DNA of 64,000 nt from Promethearchaeota archaeon (GTDB lineage: Archaea; Asgardarchaeota; Lokiarchaeia; Sigyniarchaeales; SOKP01). The notes under the pieces are model-generated. The model made no database searches. It saw only the letters and a program-made list of their open reading frames with translations, and had not been told where the DNA came from. The DNA lies in contig JBHLOY010000011.1 in assembly GCA_048939995.1 (NCBI GenBank), positions 1-64,000 of the forward strand, read 5' to 3'. Below are positions 10,372 through 20,010 of the stretch, one piece after another; the stretch's first letter is position 1; each line of letters begins with the position of its first letter. Both the position numbers and the translations under genes were made by a program.

Positions 10372-10572
10372 ATCTTATTTAAATATTCTAAAAATTTAAA
10401 CAATTCTACTAATTTCTTAACAAAATAATAGTTGATTATCAAAATGATTAATTAATGTAACTTATAATAAAACTAGTTTTGTCAAAAACTTTAATATTTT
10501 GTTTGAATTTTTCCATTTATCAATCAAAATATTATATTCTAAATCAATTTAAATTAAAAGGGATATTAAATA

Positions 10573-11880
10573 ATGGTAAAAGAATTAAAAGAAGTATGGC
10601 TAGTTGATTATGCAAGAACTGCCTTTTCACGTTCAAGACCTAAACAACCAGAACGAGATGTATTTGGTGATCAGAGAGGAGATGAATTAGTTGCTCAATT
10701 ACTAACAAAATTTTTCGATGGAAGACTAGCGGATAAAGGAATTGAGAAAAAAGATATAGAAGAAGCTTCTATTGGTACTGCTATGGGAGTCTACGAATGT
10801 TGGACCTATGGAGGTCGACTTCCTTTATTTATGGCAGAATTTCCTGTTTCCACCTCTGCCTTTTTTGTTGATAAACAATGTGGAAGTGCTGGTGCTGGAC
10901 TTCAATTTTTAGCTATGGAAATTATGAGTGGTTATACAACATGTGCTCTTGGGATGGGAGTTGAACATATGACGAGAATCCCAATGCAAAATGATTGGAT
11001 ACGCCCAAATTTAGGAATGATGAATAAAAAAGATAAATGGTATCGTCCTCAATATGATCTTCTAACAACTATTAATATGCTTCAAACAGCTCAGAAACTC
11101 TACGAAGAAGAGAGCCCATATATAACGAAAGTAGACATGGATAAATTTGGAGTACGTAGTCATAATTTAGCAGTAAAATATTCAGAGGAAGGATGGTTCA
11201 AAGGAGAAATAATACCAATTGAGGGCCATTTAGAAGGTAATGTTGAGGAGAGAATTATGATAGATACTGATCAAGCTCCCAGAAAATCAGTCTTAGAAAA
11301 AGTTGCATCCTTACGTAGAATCTCAAATCCATTCTTTCTGAAACAAAATGCATACGGAGAAGATTTAGGGGGAAGATCAGGATATGAAGAACGAGAAAAG
11401 ACTAAAGAAGGTGTGATAACGGCAGGTAACTCCTCTCCATTAAACGCTGGTGCTACAGCAGCTGTTTTAATGGAAGCTGAAGAGGCGAAGAAAAGAGGAA
11501 TTAACCCTATGGCCAAGCTCATTTCTCTTGGTTGGGCAGGAGTAGATCCAACTGTTATGGGTAGGGGACCTGTTCCAGCTAGTCAAATGGCATTAAAACA
11601 TGCAGGGTTAACTGTTGAAGATATTGATTATTGGGAAATAAATGAAGCTTTTTGCATTGTAACATTAAATTGTATGAGAGCCCTAAACATTCCTGAAGAA
11701 AAGGTAAATGTAATGGGAGGTGCAACTGCAATTGGACATCCATTAGGGGCAACAATGATCAGACTTACTGGAACTTTAGCCAGAATCTTAAAAGATAAGA
11801 AAGCTAAATACGGAATTGCTAATGCATGTATTGGTGGTGGACAAGGTATAGCAATATTGCTTGAGAATCCTGATGCTTAA
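10573..11880 (+). CDS. Thiolase (acetyl-CoA C-acyltransferase)
   Basis: KQCGS, TAGNSS, EINEAF, GHPLGATM and ACIGGGQG motifs. Confidence 0.95.
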   Translation: MVKELKEVWLVDYARTAFSRSRPKQPERDVFGDQRGDELVAQLLTKFFDGRLADKGIEKKDIEEASIGTAMGVYECWTYGGRLPLFMAEFPVSTSAFFVDKQCGSAGAGLQFLAMEIMSGYTTCALGMGVEHMTRIPMQNDWIRPNLGMMNKKDKWYRPQYDLLTTINMLQTAQKLYEEESPYITKVDMDKFGVRSHNLAVKYSEEGWFKGEIIPIEGHLEGNVEERIMIDTDQAPRKSVLEKVASLRRISNPFFLKQNAYGEDLGGRSGYEEREKTKEGVITAGNSSPLNAGATAAVLMEAEEAKKRGINPMAKLISLGWAGVDPTVMGRGPVPASQMALKHAGLTVEDIDYWEINEAFCIVTLNCMRALNIPEEKVNVMGGATAIGHPLGATMIRLTGTLARILKDKKAKYGIANACIGGGQGIAILLENPDA

Positions 11881-11930
11881 ACTTGTCCTATTTTTTTCGA
11901 GTTTGAAAATCTCTCATTTTTTTTATTATA

Positions 11931-12455
11931 CTACTCCTCAATAGACTTTTTCAATCTTAACGCTTTTATCTTTTTTTGAACAGCATCATAAGCTTGAATG
12001 GCATAAACAAATTCTTGATTATAACATAATGCTTTTTCGTAGTATTCTAAAGCTTTCTCTAAGTCTTCTTTATGAAATTCATAAATTAATCCAATATTAT
12101 AATAACTATAAAAATAATCTGGTCTTATCTGAATTGCTCGCCTATATGCATTTAAGGCTTCTTCAATATTACCATGATTAACGTATGCTATTCCCAAATT
12201 ATACCATGCTCTGTGATTATCTGGTGCTAATTCTATAACATTTTTAAAGCATTCAACAGCTTTTTTATAATTTGATACCCATACATCATTCAAATAAAGA
12301 CCATAATTAAACAAAACATCAATAAGAGCAATCCTGACCTCAAGGGAAAGATGATTTTTTATATAAAGTGGTTTTAAAATATTTATAGCCTCCTCAAACT
12401 TCTCTTGTTGTTTAAGTTTAATCGCCTTAGCAATTAGCTCTTTTTCTTGTAACAA
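11931..12455 (-). CDS. TPR-repeat protein
   Basis: AWYNLGIAY...EEALNAYRRAIQIRP TPR consensus. Confidence 0.88.
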   Translation of the reverse strand: MLQEKELIAKAIKLKQQEKFEEAINILKPLYIKNHLSLEVRIALIDVLFNYGLYLNDVWVSNYKKAVECFKNVIELAPDNHRAWYNLGIAYVNHGNIEEALNAYRRAIQIRPDYFYSYYNIGLIYEFHKEDLEKALEYYEKALCYNQEFVYAIQAYDAVQKKIKALRLKKSIEE

Positions 12456-12609
12456 GATATCTGCCTATAAAATGGTTTAATTGATTTTATTATATTTAAA
12501 TTGAATTTTTTCATTTTAATTTATTTATCGTAATGTTTAAATATAAAACTATTACAATAAGACTTACACAAGAAATCAGAAATTATTTGATTAAAAAGGA
12601 GGAATTTAA

Positions 12610-12816
12610 ATGCCAGTGTATAAATCAATTCAGCTCGTCGCGACGAGTGAAAAAAATTGGGCAGATGCTGTAAAAAATGGTTATGAAGAAGCTAAGAAAA
12701 GCCTGAGAGGTATTAGAAACATCCAAATTATTGAAAGTGATGTGAAGGTTAAAGAAGATCAAGACAAGTTAATCTATCGAGTTCGTGTACAGGTTAATTT
12801 CCAAATTGAACGTTAA
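12610..12816 (+). CDS. Dodecin family protein
   Basis: VYKSIQLVATSEKNWADAV...YRVRVQVNF. Strong SD AAGGAGG upstream. Confidence 0.88.
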   Translation: MPVYKSIQLVATSEKNWADAVKNGYEEAKKSLRGIRNIQIIESDVKVKEDQDKLIYRVRVQVNFQIER

Positions 12817-13072
12817 ACTTTCAAATTTTTAATTTTTTTTCTCTTTTAATTCAGAATTATTTTGACTAGAAATTTTATTTTGATCTAATTTTAAATAGCT
12901 GTATTTTTTAAGTAAATATTATGAAATAATTTCTTAAGAACATAAAATTAAAACTATAAATGCAAGTTCTTGAAGCTTATAGTGGATATATAATTGCAGC
13001 GATTATCTTATTGGTTATATTTATTCTTTGCTGTATAATACATAATCGTTTAATTAAGAAATGAAAAAGTGT

Positions 13073-13528
13073 TTATATTTTATTTTCGTACCAAATATTT
13101 TTTGACTTTTTTGCTCCTATCTTCAGCAAAACACTCCTTAATGAAGCATCTGAATCAGGGCAAATAAAATACACGTTTTCATGCTTAAGGGTCTTTTTAA
13201 TATATGATTGAAGCTCACGAATAATCTTTTCTTCAATTCCCTTTTTGTAAGAATCTTCTTTTCTTGTTAAAATTTGATGAATTAATGCTCTCTCATTACC
13301 TAAATAATCTATAAATGAGGTATAAGTCCCCCAGCCAACAATCTTTTCATCTTCTTTAGCTACAATCATTGAATTTCTGTACTGGAGATCCAGAGCTCGT
13401 TTATTCAATTCTTTTTCAAACTTTTGCCAATGGGAAGAGAAATGAGATTTATTTCCAATAAAATCTTCGAAAATTTCTTTTAGTTCATCTTTATCTAATC
13501 TTGGGTCATATCTATCGATATCAATCAT
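13073..13528 (-). CDS. GNAT-fold acetyltransferase-like protein
   Basis: IVAKEDEKIVGW strand and a YKKGIEEK motif-A-like segment. Confidence 0.65.
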   Translation of the reverse strand: MIDIDRYDPRLDKDELKEIFEDFIGNKSHFSSHWQKFEKELNKRALDLQYRNSMIVAKEDEKIVGWGTYTSFIDYLGNERALIHQILTRKEDSYKKGIEEKIIRELQSYIKKTLKHENVYFICPDSDASLRSVLLKIGAKKSKNIWYENKI

Positions 13529-13643
13529 AATATATTCATTAATGAATTATGTTTTTATAAGATTATTTTAAAATATTTTAGAAATAATTTTTCTTTAATA
13601 GAAATTCTTTTTTAGAATTTATTCTAATAACAATTGAGAAATT

Positions 13644-14153
13644 ATGAAGCAGAAAGATCATACTAAAATGTCTATTCCTTTTAAAAAATTAAGAGATGAT
13701 GTGATTCTCCCTAAAGCATCAAAACCAGGAGACGCTGGTGCAGATGCCCGGATTTTTGGTTTTAAAAAGATTGTTAAAAATGGAAATAGAAAAGATTTAG
13801 TTGAAATTGATTCTAATTCGTATACTTTAAAGCCCCTAGAGAGAATTGCGTGCCCCTTAGGATTTTCTACTGCTATTCCAAAAGGATATTATTTTAAAGT
13901 AGTTCCTCGAAGCGGTCTAGCATTATGGGAAGGGATTTCTATCGTTAATAGCCCTGGAACAATAGATTCAGGTTATAGAAATGAATGGATGGCAATTGTA
14001 GTAAATCTTTCAAATAATGAAGTAACCTTAAAAAAAGGAGACAGAATATGTCAAATAATTCTAAGTAAATTATATCCTTATGATATTATAGAGACTGATG
14101 AATTACCCTCCTCAGAAAGAGGTTTAGGAGGATTCGGATCTACTGGTAAATGA
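13644..14153 (+). CDS. dut: Trimeric dUTPase
   Basis: GDAGAD, PRSGLA, GTIDSGYR and RGLGGFGSTG motifs. Confidence 0.96.
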   Translation: MKQKDHTKMSIPFKKLRDDVILPKASKPGDAGADARIFGFKKIVKNGNRKDLVEIDSNSYTLKPLERIACPLGFSTAIPKGYYFKVVPRSGLALWEGISIVNSPGTIDSGYRNEWMAIVVNLSNNEVTLKKGDRICQIILSKLYPYDIIETDELPSSERGLGGFGSTGK

Positions 14154-14296
14154 TTATGATAGACTTTATTATACAAATTAATTTAGAGATGATTGAAATT
14201 TTAATCTCCGCTTTTAAAAAGATTCAAATTTTTTGAATAATTCATTAAATCATTGCTTTTTAAAATTTTTCCAAAATAAACATTTAGGTCTGCATT

Positions 14297-15820
14297 TTGT
14301 CCCAAGATAATAAAAAGTTTCCATATAAAGATCATTTTCTATATCGGATCTTTAATCCAAAAACAATAGCAATATTTGGAGCAAATAATAATTTATTAAC
14401 AACAATGGGTTCAATGCAACTTAGGAATATCCGTGCTGGAAGTGGTTTAGATGATGGGATTTATCCAATTCATCCTCGATTGGATGTAATTCAAGGTTAT
14501 AAAGCGTATAAATCTATAGTGGATTTACCCATCATTCCAGATCTTGCATTTCTTATCTTACCAACAGCTGCAATTCCACAAGTTATGGAAGAATGCGGTC
14601 AAAAAGGAATTAAAAATCTTTTAATAACTTCTGGTGGATTTAGAGAGAGTGGTTTACGTGGAAGAGAATTATCAAAAAAGATTGATTTAATAGCAGAAAA
14701 ATACAGTATGCGATTTTTGGGTCCTAATTGTTTAGGTATTTATAATGGTTGGTATGGATATCCTGAGAAAAATAATACATATTTTAATACTTTCTGGCCT
14801 TATGCTATTCCTCAAAGAGGAAATGTATCAATCATAAGTCAATCTGGTACAATTGCAGCTCAAACTTTCTGGCACGCAAAAGAAATGGGTTTAAAAATTA
14901 GTAAATCAATTTCTGTAGGAAATGAGCAAAATATTGATATAGTAGATTGTCTTGATTATTTAAAAAACGATCCCCAGACAGAAATAATAGGATTATACAT
15001 TGAAGAAGTTAAAAGGGGAAAACAATTTATCAAGTTAGCCCAAGAAATAGTGCCAATTAAGCCTATTGTGGCAATATATGCTGGAGGCACTAACGCAGCA
15101 ATTAGATCTATAATGAGTCATACAGGTTCAATAGCTGGAAATCAAAAAATATTTGATGCTGTGTTTAAAGAAACAGGTATAATTTCCACAGATTTAATTC
15201 TAGATTTTTTACATTATCTTAGAACTTTATCATTTGCTAAATCAAATAACTCTTTCCCTAAAGGTAAAAGAGTTGCGATTGTGACTGATTCAGGAGGAAG
15301 TGGGAGCATGATGGCTAAGATGTTAGAGCTTTACGGATTGAAGGTGCCTGAATTTTCAGAGAGTTTAAAAAATGAGATCTTTAAATTAATTCCTCCAACA
15401 GCTAGTGCCAACAATCCTATTGACGTTACTTTTGATGTTAATTTTCTTAACATCTTTTATAAATTCCCGAAGCTCTTAATGAAATCTGGGGAGATTGACA
15501 GTATAATTGTATACGGTGTATTTGATTTCGATGAAGTTTTGGACATAATGGAAAAGAGTGGTATGGATATCGATGAACAGACAAAAAATCTTAAGTTTAT
15601 GATTGATAATGCTGTTCTAAAACCAATTAAACGCTTAATGAAAAAATATTCTATACCTGTATTCTATGCAGGACCAATCCCTTATAAATATCCATGGTTT
15701 CAGAAATTTCTTTCACATAATATCTCTATTTTTGAATTATGGGACTTTCCTCCAAAATGTTTAGCTATTCTTACTCAATATTCAGAGAATATGAAGAATA
15801 AAACTTTGCAGAAAGAATAA
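14297..15820 (+). CDS. acdA: Acyl-CoA synthetase (ADP-forming) alpha subunit
   Basis: CoA-binding domain, LGPNCLG, SQSG, SHTGS (phospho-His) and NPID motifs. Confidence 0.88.
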   Translation: MSQDNKKFPYKDHFLYRIFNPKTIAIFGANNNLLTTMGSMQLRNIRAGSGLDDGIYPIHPRLDVIQGYKAYKSIVDLPIIPDLAFLILPTAAIPQVMEECGQKGIKNLLITSGGFRESGLRGRELSKKIDLIAEKYSMRFLGPNCLGIYNGWYGYPEKNNTYFNTFWPYAIPQRGNVSIISQSGTIAAQTFWHAKEMGLKISKSISVGNEQNIDIVDCLDYLKNDPQTEIIGLYIEEVKRGKQFIKLAQEIVPIKPIVAIYAGGTNAAIRSIMSHTGSIAGNQKIFDAVFKETGIISTDLILDFLHYLRTLSFAKSNNSFPKGKRVAIVTDSGGSGSMMAKMLELYGLKVPEFSESLKNEIFKLIPPTASANNPIDVTFDVNFLNIFYKFPKLLMKSGEIDSIIVYGVFDFDEVLDIMEKSGMDIDEQTKNLKFMIDNAVLKPIKRLMKKYSIPVFYAGPIPYKYPWFQKFLSHNISIFELWDFPPKCLAILTQYSENMKNKTLQKE

Positions 15821-15994
15821 CAATACTCCCTATTTTCTAGATTTACCTTTCACTTCATTTGATTATTATCAAAAATTATATAATATCTTATAAATTGAAA
15901 AGCTCAAATTTGTATTACACTAATTTTTTATATAATTTTTATCCTATTATTATTAGCAACTTATAAATGATAAAATAGATTGTGATTCTTTCAA

Positions 15995-16993
15995 TTGTCA
16001 TTAGATTTTTATAATCCACCGTCAGCAATTTTAGCATCTGGTAGTAGAAAAGGTGTAGAAATTGGGGGTTCAAAGTTGATTGTAAGCATTGATAGAGCTC
16101 ATAATTTCTATAATGAAGGTTTAATTTACACTGAAATGTCTTGGGCTTCTTTTTATGAAGAAAAAGGATTGGAAGACCAAATAGATACATTCACAACTAC
16201 AGAATATGATTCAATCCGCGAAGATCCGGAAGCTTTGGTTGATACGATTATAAAAACTATCTATCAAATCATCAATAATAGAAAGATTTTTTATGGTATT
16301 GCTGATTTTGAGGTAGATGCTTTCTTAGATACTAATGTTACAGTCATACCCGGTTTAAAATTAGATTATAAAATCATTAATAAATTATTAGACGCTCATA
16401 AAAAATCAAGAGAAAAAGAACTTTTCCCAAATATTCTTGATGATAAAGGAAAAAGAAAGATTAAAATTGATTTCCAAGGGAATAAAAAGCACAATGTTCA
16501 TTTGAAAGGTTCGAGCTTAGAAGATTTAATTAACAAGTTAAGATTAGCTAAGGGATTCGCTGTTGGTTTAGTTTGCACTTCTAGAAACGCAGCAAATCTT
16601 TATATAATAAGTGATAACATTGTATTCAACAAAGAAGAGTTATCCGAATTATATATAGACGAAGAAAATATTAAAATTATTGAATATGGAATTAAGAAAA
16701 AACTATTATTCCCTATTAGTTGGTTTCGTATAGATGTAGGAATTCGTTCTTTAGAAACTTTAGAGTTATGGGATGCCATTAAAGATAATTCCGAACTAAA
16801 TAAGGCAATGGGTCATTACGAACGCTACATAAATGCGCTAGTTTATAAAAAATTTAAACCTGTTGCAGAATCTCAAAAAATTGGGATTGATCTAGAAGAA
16901 GACTTTTACACTATGAGCTCTAAAGAAAGAAAAAAAGCTTTAAAGGATATGGAGGAAGCCATAAAAATTTTAACCGAGCATTATAAGGATTAG
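15995..16993 (+). CDS. Hypothetical protein
   Basis: 332-aa ORF with TTG start preceded by a GTGAT SD. Confidence 0.75.
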   Translation: MSLDFYNPPSAILASGSRKGVEIGGSKLIVSIDRAHNFYNEGLIYTEMSWASFYEEKGLEDQIDTFTTTEYDSIREDPEALVDTIIKTIYQIINNRKIFYGIADFEVDAFLDTNVTVIPGLKLDYKIINKLLDAHKKSREKELFPNILDDKGKRKIKIDFQGNKKHNVHLKGSSLEDLINKLRLAKGFAVGLVCTSRNAANLYIISDNIVFNKEELSELYIDEENIKIIEYGIKKKLLFPISWFRIDVGIRSLETLELWDAIKDNSELNKAMGHYERYINALVYKKFKPVAESQKIGIDLEEDFYTMSSKERKKALKDMEEAIKILTEHYKD

Positions 16994-16998
16994 AGCGA

Positions 16999-17304
16999 TT
17001 ACTCTTTAAGTATCTTTGGAGCTTTAAAAAATCCTTTCAACTTATACTTGGTGTTCTTTAATGCCTCTTCTTGTGATAAGGATTCTCTAGGAATATCCTC
17101 TCGAAATACATTTTGTAAACCTTTAATTGGATGGGTCATAGGTTTAACATTTTCAGTATCCAATTCCTTTAGTTTAGCAAAATAACTTAAAATATCGCTT
17201 AATTCTTTAGATAAATTCTCTTTTTCAGCTTCTGATAAATCTAATAGTGCTAATTTTGAAATGTATTCTAAGGTTTCTTTTGAAATTTCTTCTTTTTCTG
17301 ACAT
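16999..17304 (-). CDS. gatC: Asp/Glu-tRNA amidotransferase subunit C
   Basis: ISKLALLDL...LDTENVKPMTHP...NVFRED...FFKAPKI. Confidence 0.93.
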   Translation of the reverse strand: MSEKEEISKETLEYISKLALLDLSEAEKENLSKELSDILSYFAKLKELDTENVKPMTHPIKGLQNVFREDIPRESLSQEEALKNTKYKLKGFFKAPKILKE

Positions 17305-17448
17305 TTTATGACTATAATATGGTGATTTTATAGTATAAATAAAGAAGTCTTAAGTAATAAATAAGTTTAAGCAATTAAATAGGCTTTATGTCAATTTCTT
17401 TGAAATATAAGCATAAGAATTTTTTACTGATCAAACTTTTAAGAAAGT

Positions 17449-17802
17449 ATGAATGATGAAGAAGATCTAAAAAATGAGATACCAACTTATGCATATATTT
17501 CCCTTGCTCGCAGGGGCATGGAAAAGATTTCATTAGATCAATGTTTTTTGAAAAATTGTAATAATAAAGATCCTAAATTATTAGAACCTCTTAAGAAAGA
17601 AGAATATGATGAAGAAAATAAATTAATTAAAAATATTTACATTAAATGTAAAAAGTGCGAAGGTACATTTATTTTAAGATTCGAGACTTTGAAAAAAGTA
17701 GCTAAATCTAAAAAAAATGATGAAGAGAGTCCATTATCGATGGGATTAGTCTATGCTCTTGACGAAGAAGGTAAAAATTTGGGTCATATTGGCTATTTTT
17801 AA
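17449..17802 (+). CDS. Small putative zinc-binding protein
   Basis: CFLKNC and CKKC cysteine pairs. Confidence 0.7.
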   Translation: MNDEEDLKNEIPTYAYISLARRGMEKISLDQCFLKNCNNKDPKLLEPLKKEEYDEENKLIKNIYIKCKKCEGTFILRFETLKKVAKSKKNDEESPLSMGLVYALDEEGKNLGHIGYF

Positions 17803-17951
17803 TTAATCAAATCCAATAAAAACAATAAAGTAATAATCCCTGAAATAGTCTCTTCCATGTCAGGATCTAGAATCCCAACCTTAAGTCCTCCTAGAATATC
17901 TTCCCCAACATCTCCCGGTAAACCTTGAGGGCCAAGTTTTTGAAAAAACAA
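17799..17951 (-). pseudogene. Probable gene remnant (short collagen-like GPQGLPG segment followed by VGILDPD..ETISG)
   Basis: 50-codon open frame not in the ORF track. It is GC-richer than typical spacer DNA and reads like an internal fragment of a surface protein. Confidence 0.45.
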
Positions 17952-18122
17952 TAAAATTTATATATTTAGGGTGAGTATGAGTTAATTGAAAATTCAATCT
18001 AACTACAAATTAATGGTTAACGTAAGACAAATTCTAGAATGATAATAATAGGATAAGGAAATCTTCAGTCTTTTGTCTTATATACTATTGAAAAATTACA
18101 AAATTGAGAGTAGAATGATATA

Positions 18123-19790
18123 ATGATTAAAAAATCTTTAATTGTGATGGTTGGTATTTTGATTTTTTCCTCAGGAATTATCGTACCAACGATTACAACA
18201 ATAAACATTCATAATGAAAGTGAATGCGAGAACTGCACTCATGAAAATGACAATGATCTTCAATCTTCATATCCTATTTGCATGTGTGGTCATCCTACTT
18301 GCTCTGGAAATATATATACCTGCCCCTGTTGCGGATATCCTCCACCACCTCCACCACAATCTCCACCCCCACCTACTTTATATGATATACCTTCACCTAA
18401 TGATAATGGAATTATAAAACTAGATTGGACTTCATCGTCTGGGGCAACGTCTTACAAGATTTATAGGAGCGACGCAGAATTTGGAACCTATACTCTAATT
18501 GCGACAATTTCCTCTTTATCTTATACAGATACAATTACACCAGGAATCTACTGGTATTATGTTAGAGCTCATAATTATATTGGAGATTCTGGTCCTTCAA
18601 ATAGAGAAGGCGTTGAGGTATATCAACCACCAGAGCCAATTATACTACATGGTAGTACACAGAGATTCTTTCCTCATATGAACACAGCAAAACTAGGATT
18701 TACAATATATACTGAGTTTGCTTATAGTCCAAAGATTGATTTAGTAGTTACAGAAACAGCAACATGTTCCTACAATGTGAATCTGAAAGTGAAAATTGAT
18801 AACACCCTTGTTTTTGATGTGAGCAGGAATTTTTACTCAACAGAAGAATTCTTTAACATAGATGGATCTTTACTTCAATCTGTAGGAACACATCAGATTC
18901 TCATTGAACTAACGAATGGAGATGGTCCAAATGATATATATCGCTTGGAATATCTGAAAATCAAGAACCTTCATTTTAAAAATAGTGAATCTTATGCAAA
19001 TAATCGCTACTCACCAGCTCAGATTTGGCAATATGATTCACAATATGACAATGTAGTAGTGACATTTGGTGACGATGTTCCCTTTTTAAATGATGACTTT
19101 AGAACTGATGATGTTCAAGGAATTGAGTTTTGGCCCTCGATAACAATTCAAATAGATCCTGATTTAGATGGGAAGGTTATAGGAATTGGACCCTTCTTAA
19201 AACCAATCGTTATTAACGAATGGGAATACTACATTCATAACTATAAGATTGATTGGAAGGTTATTGATAAAAATGGGAACTATTTGACATCCTCCTCGGC
19301 TGAATTCAATAAATTAAATAATTATGGTTGTCAAATAGGAGTTAGCGATGGAAACCGAGCTGAAAATTATGAGGCAATAGAATTCTTACTAAGATGTTTA
19401 GAGACAGCTTTTATTATTGGAACAGCTATTTATGAACTTGCCCCATATATAACGATTCCAATAGATTTGTTTTTAACATGGTTACAGTTTGGTTCTGATC
19501 CACCGAGATCAAGTCAAAATTTTATTGATGATAGAACCTATCAAGTTGCATGGACTAATGGTATTGAAGGATCTGGACCATGGACTTGGCCTACCCTTAA
19601 ACTAGAAAGTGCTAGTATGCTCGCTGAATGGGATTTTGAATTTTTTGATACAGGACAGTATCAAATACAGTATCATTGGACTTTAACTACGCGCAAATTC
19701 AGATCGTGGAAAATCTTTCCATATTATCAGGAGACATTGCCCGGGTTTACCCTAGAAGGAGATTATTACGTGAATTTTGAATTTTATTAA
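18123..19790 (+). CDS. Secreted/surface protein with Cys-rich N-terminus, polyproline linker and fibronectin type III domain
   Basis: Signal peptide; CENC, CMCGHPTC, CPCC; PPPPPQSPPPP; LDWTSSSGATSYKIYRS...YWYYVRAHN...SGPSN FN3 pattern. Confidence 0.82.
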   Translation: MIKKSLIVMVGILIFSSGIIVPTITTINIHNESECENCTHENDNDLQSSYPICMCGHPTCSGNIYTCPCCGYPPPPPPQSPPPPTLYDIPSPNDNGIIKLDWTSSSGATSYKIYRSDAEFGTYTLIATISSLSYTDTITPGIYWYYVRAHNYIGDSGPSNREGVEVYQPPEPIILHGSTQRFFPHMNTAKLGFTIYTEFAYSPKIDLVVTETATCSYNVNLKVKIDNTLVFDVSRNFYSTEEFFNIDGSLLQSVGTHQILIELTNGDGPNDIYRLEYLKIKNLHFKNSESYANNRYSPAQIWQYDSQYDNVVVTFGDDVPFLNDDFRTDDVQGIEFWPSITIQIDPDLDGKVIGIGPFLKPIVINEWEYYIHNYKIDWKVIDKNGNYLTSSSAEFNKLNNYGCQIGVSDGNRAENYEAIEFLLRCLETAFIIGTAIYELAPYITIPIDLFLTWLQFGSDPPRSSQNFIDDRTYQVAWTNGIEGSGPWTWPTLKLESASMLAEWDFEFFDTGQYQIQYHWTLTTRKFRSWKIFPYYQETLPGFTLEGDYYVNFEFY

Positions 19791-20010
19791 GGAAACGACT
19801 TAGAAAATAAATATAAATACTGTTTTTTTATTTTTATTATTTTATTTGTTTTTAACCTAATATATGATTAGTTTTTATCTTTCGGGGATTTTTCTAACAT
19901 CATTGAAGATTTATAAAGAATTATAAATACTTTTATTAAGAAGATTATTTGAGATCTTTCTGATCTCTTTTTAATAAATCTATCAGAATAAGTATGTTTG
20001 AAGGAAAACT

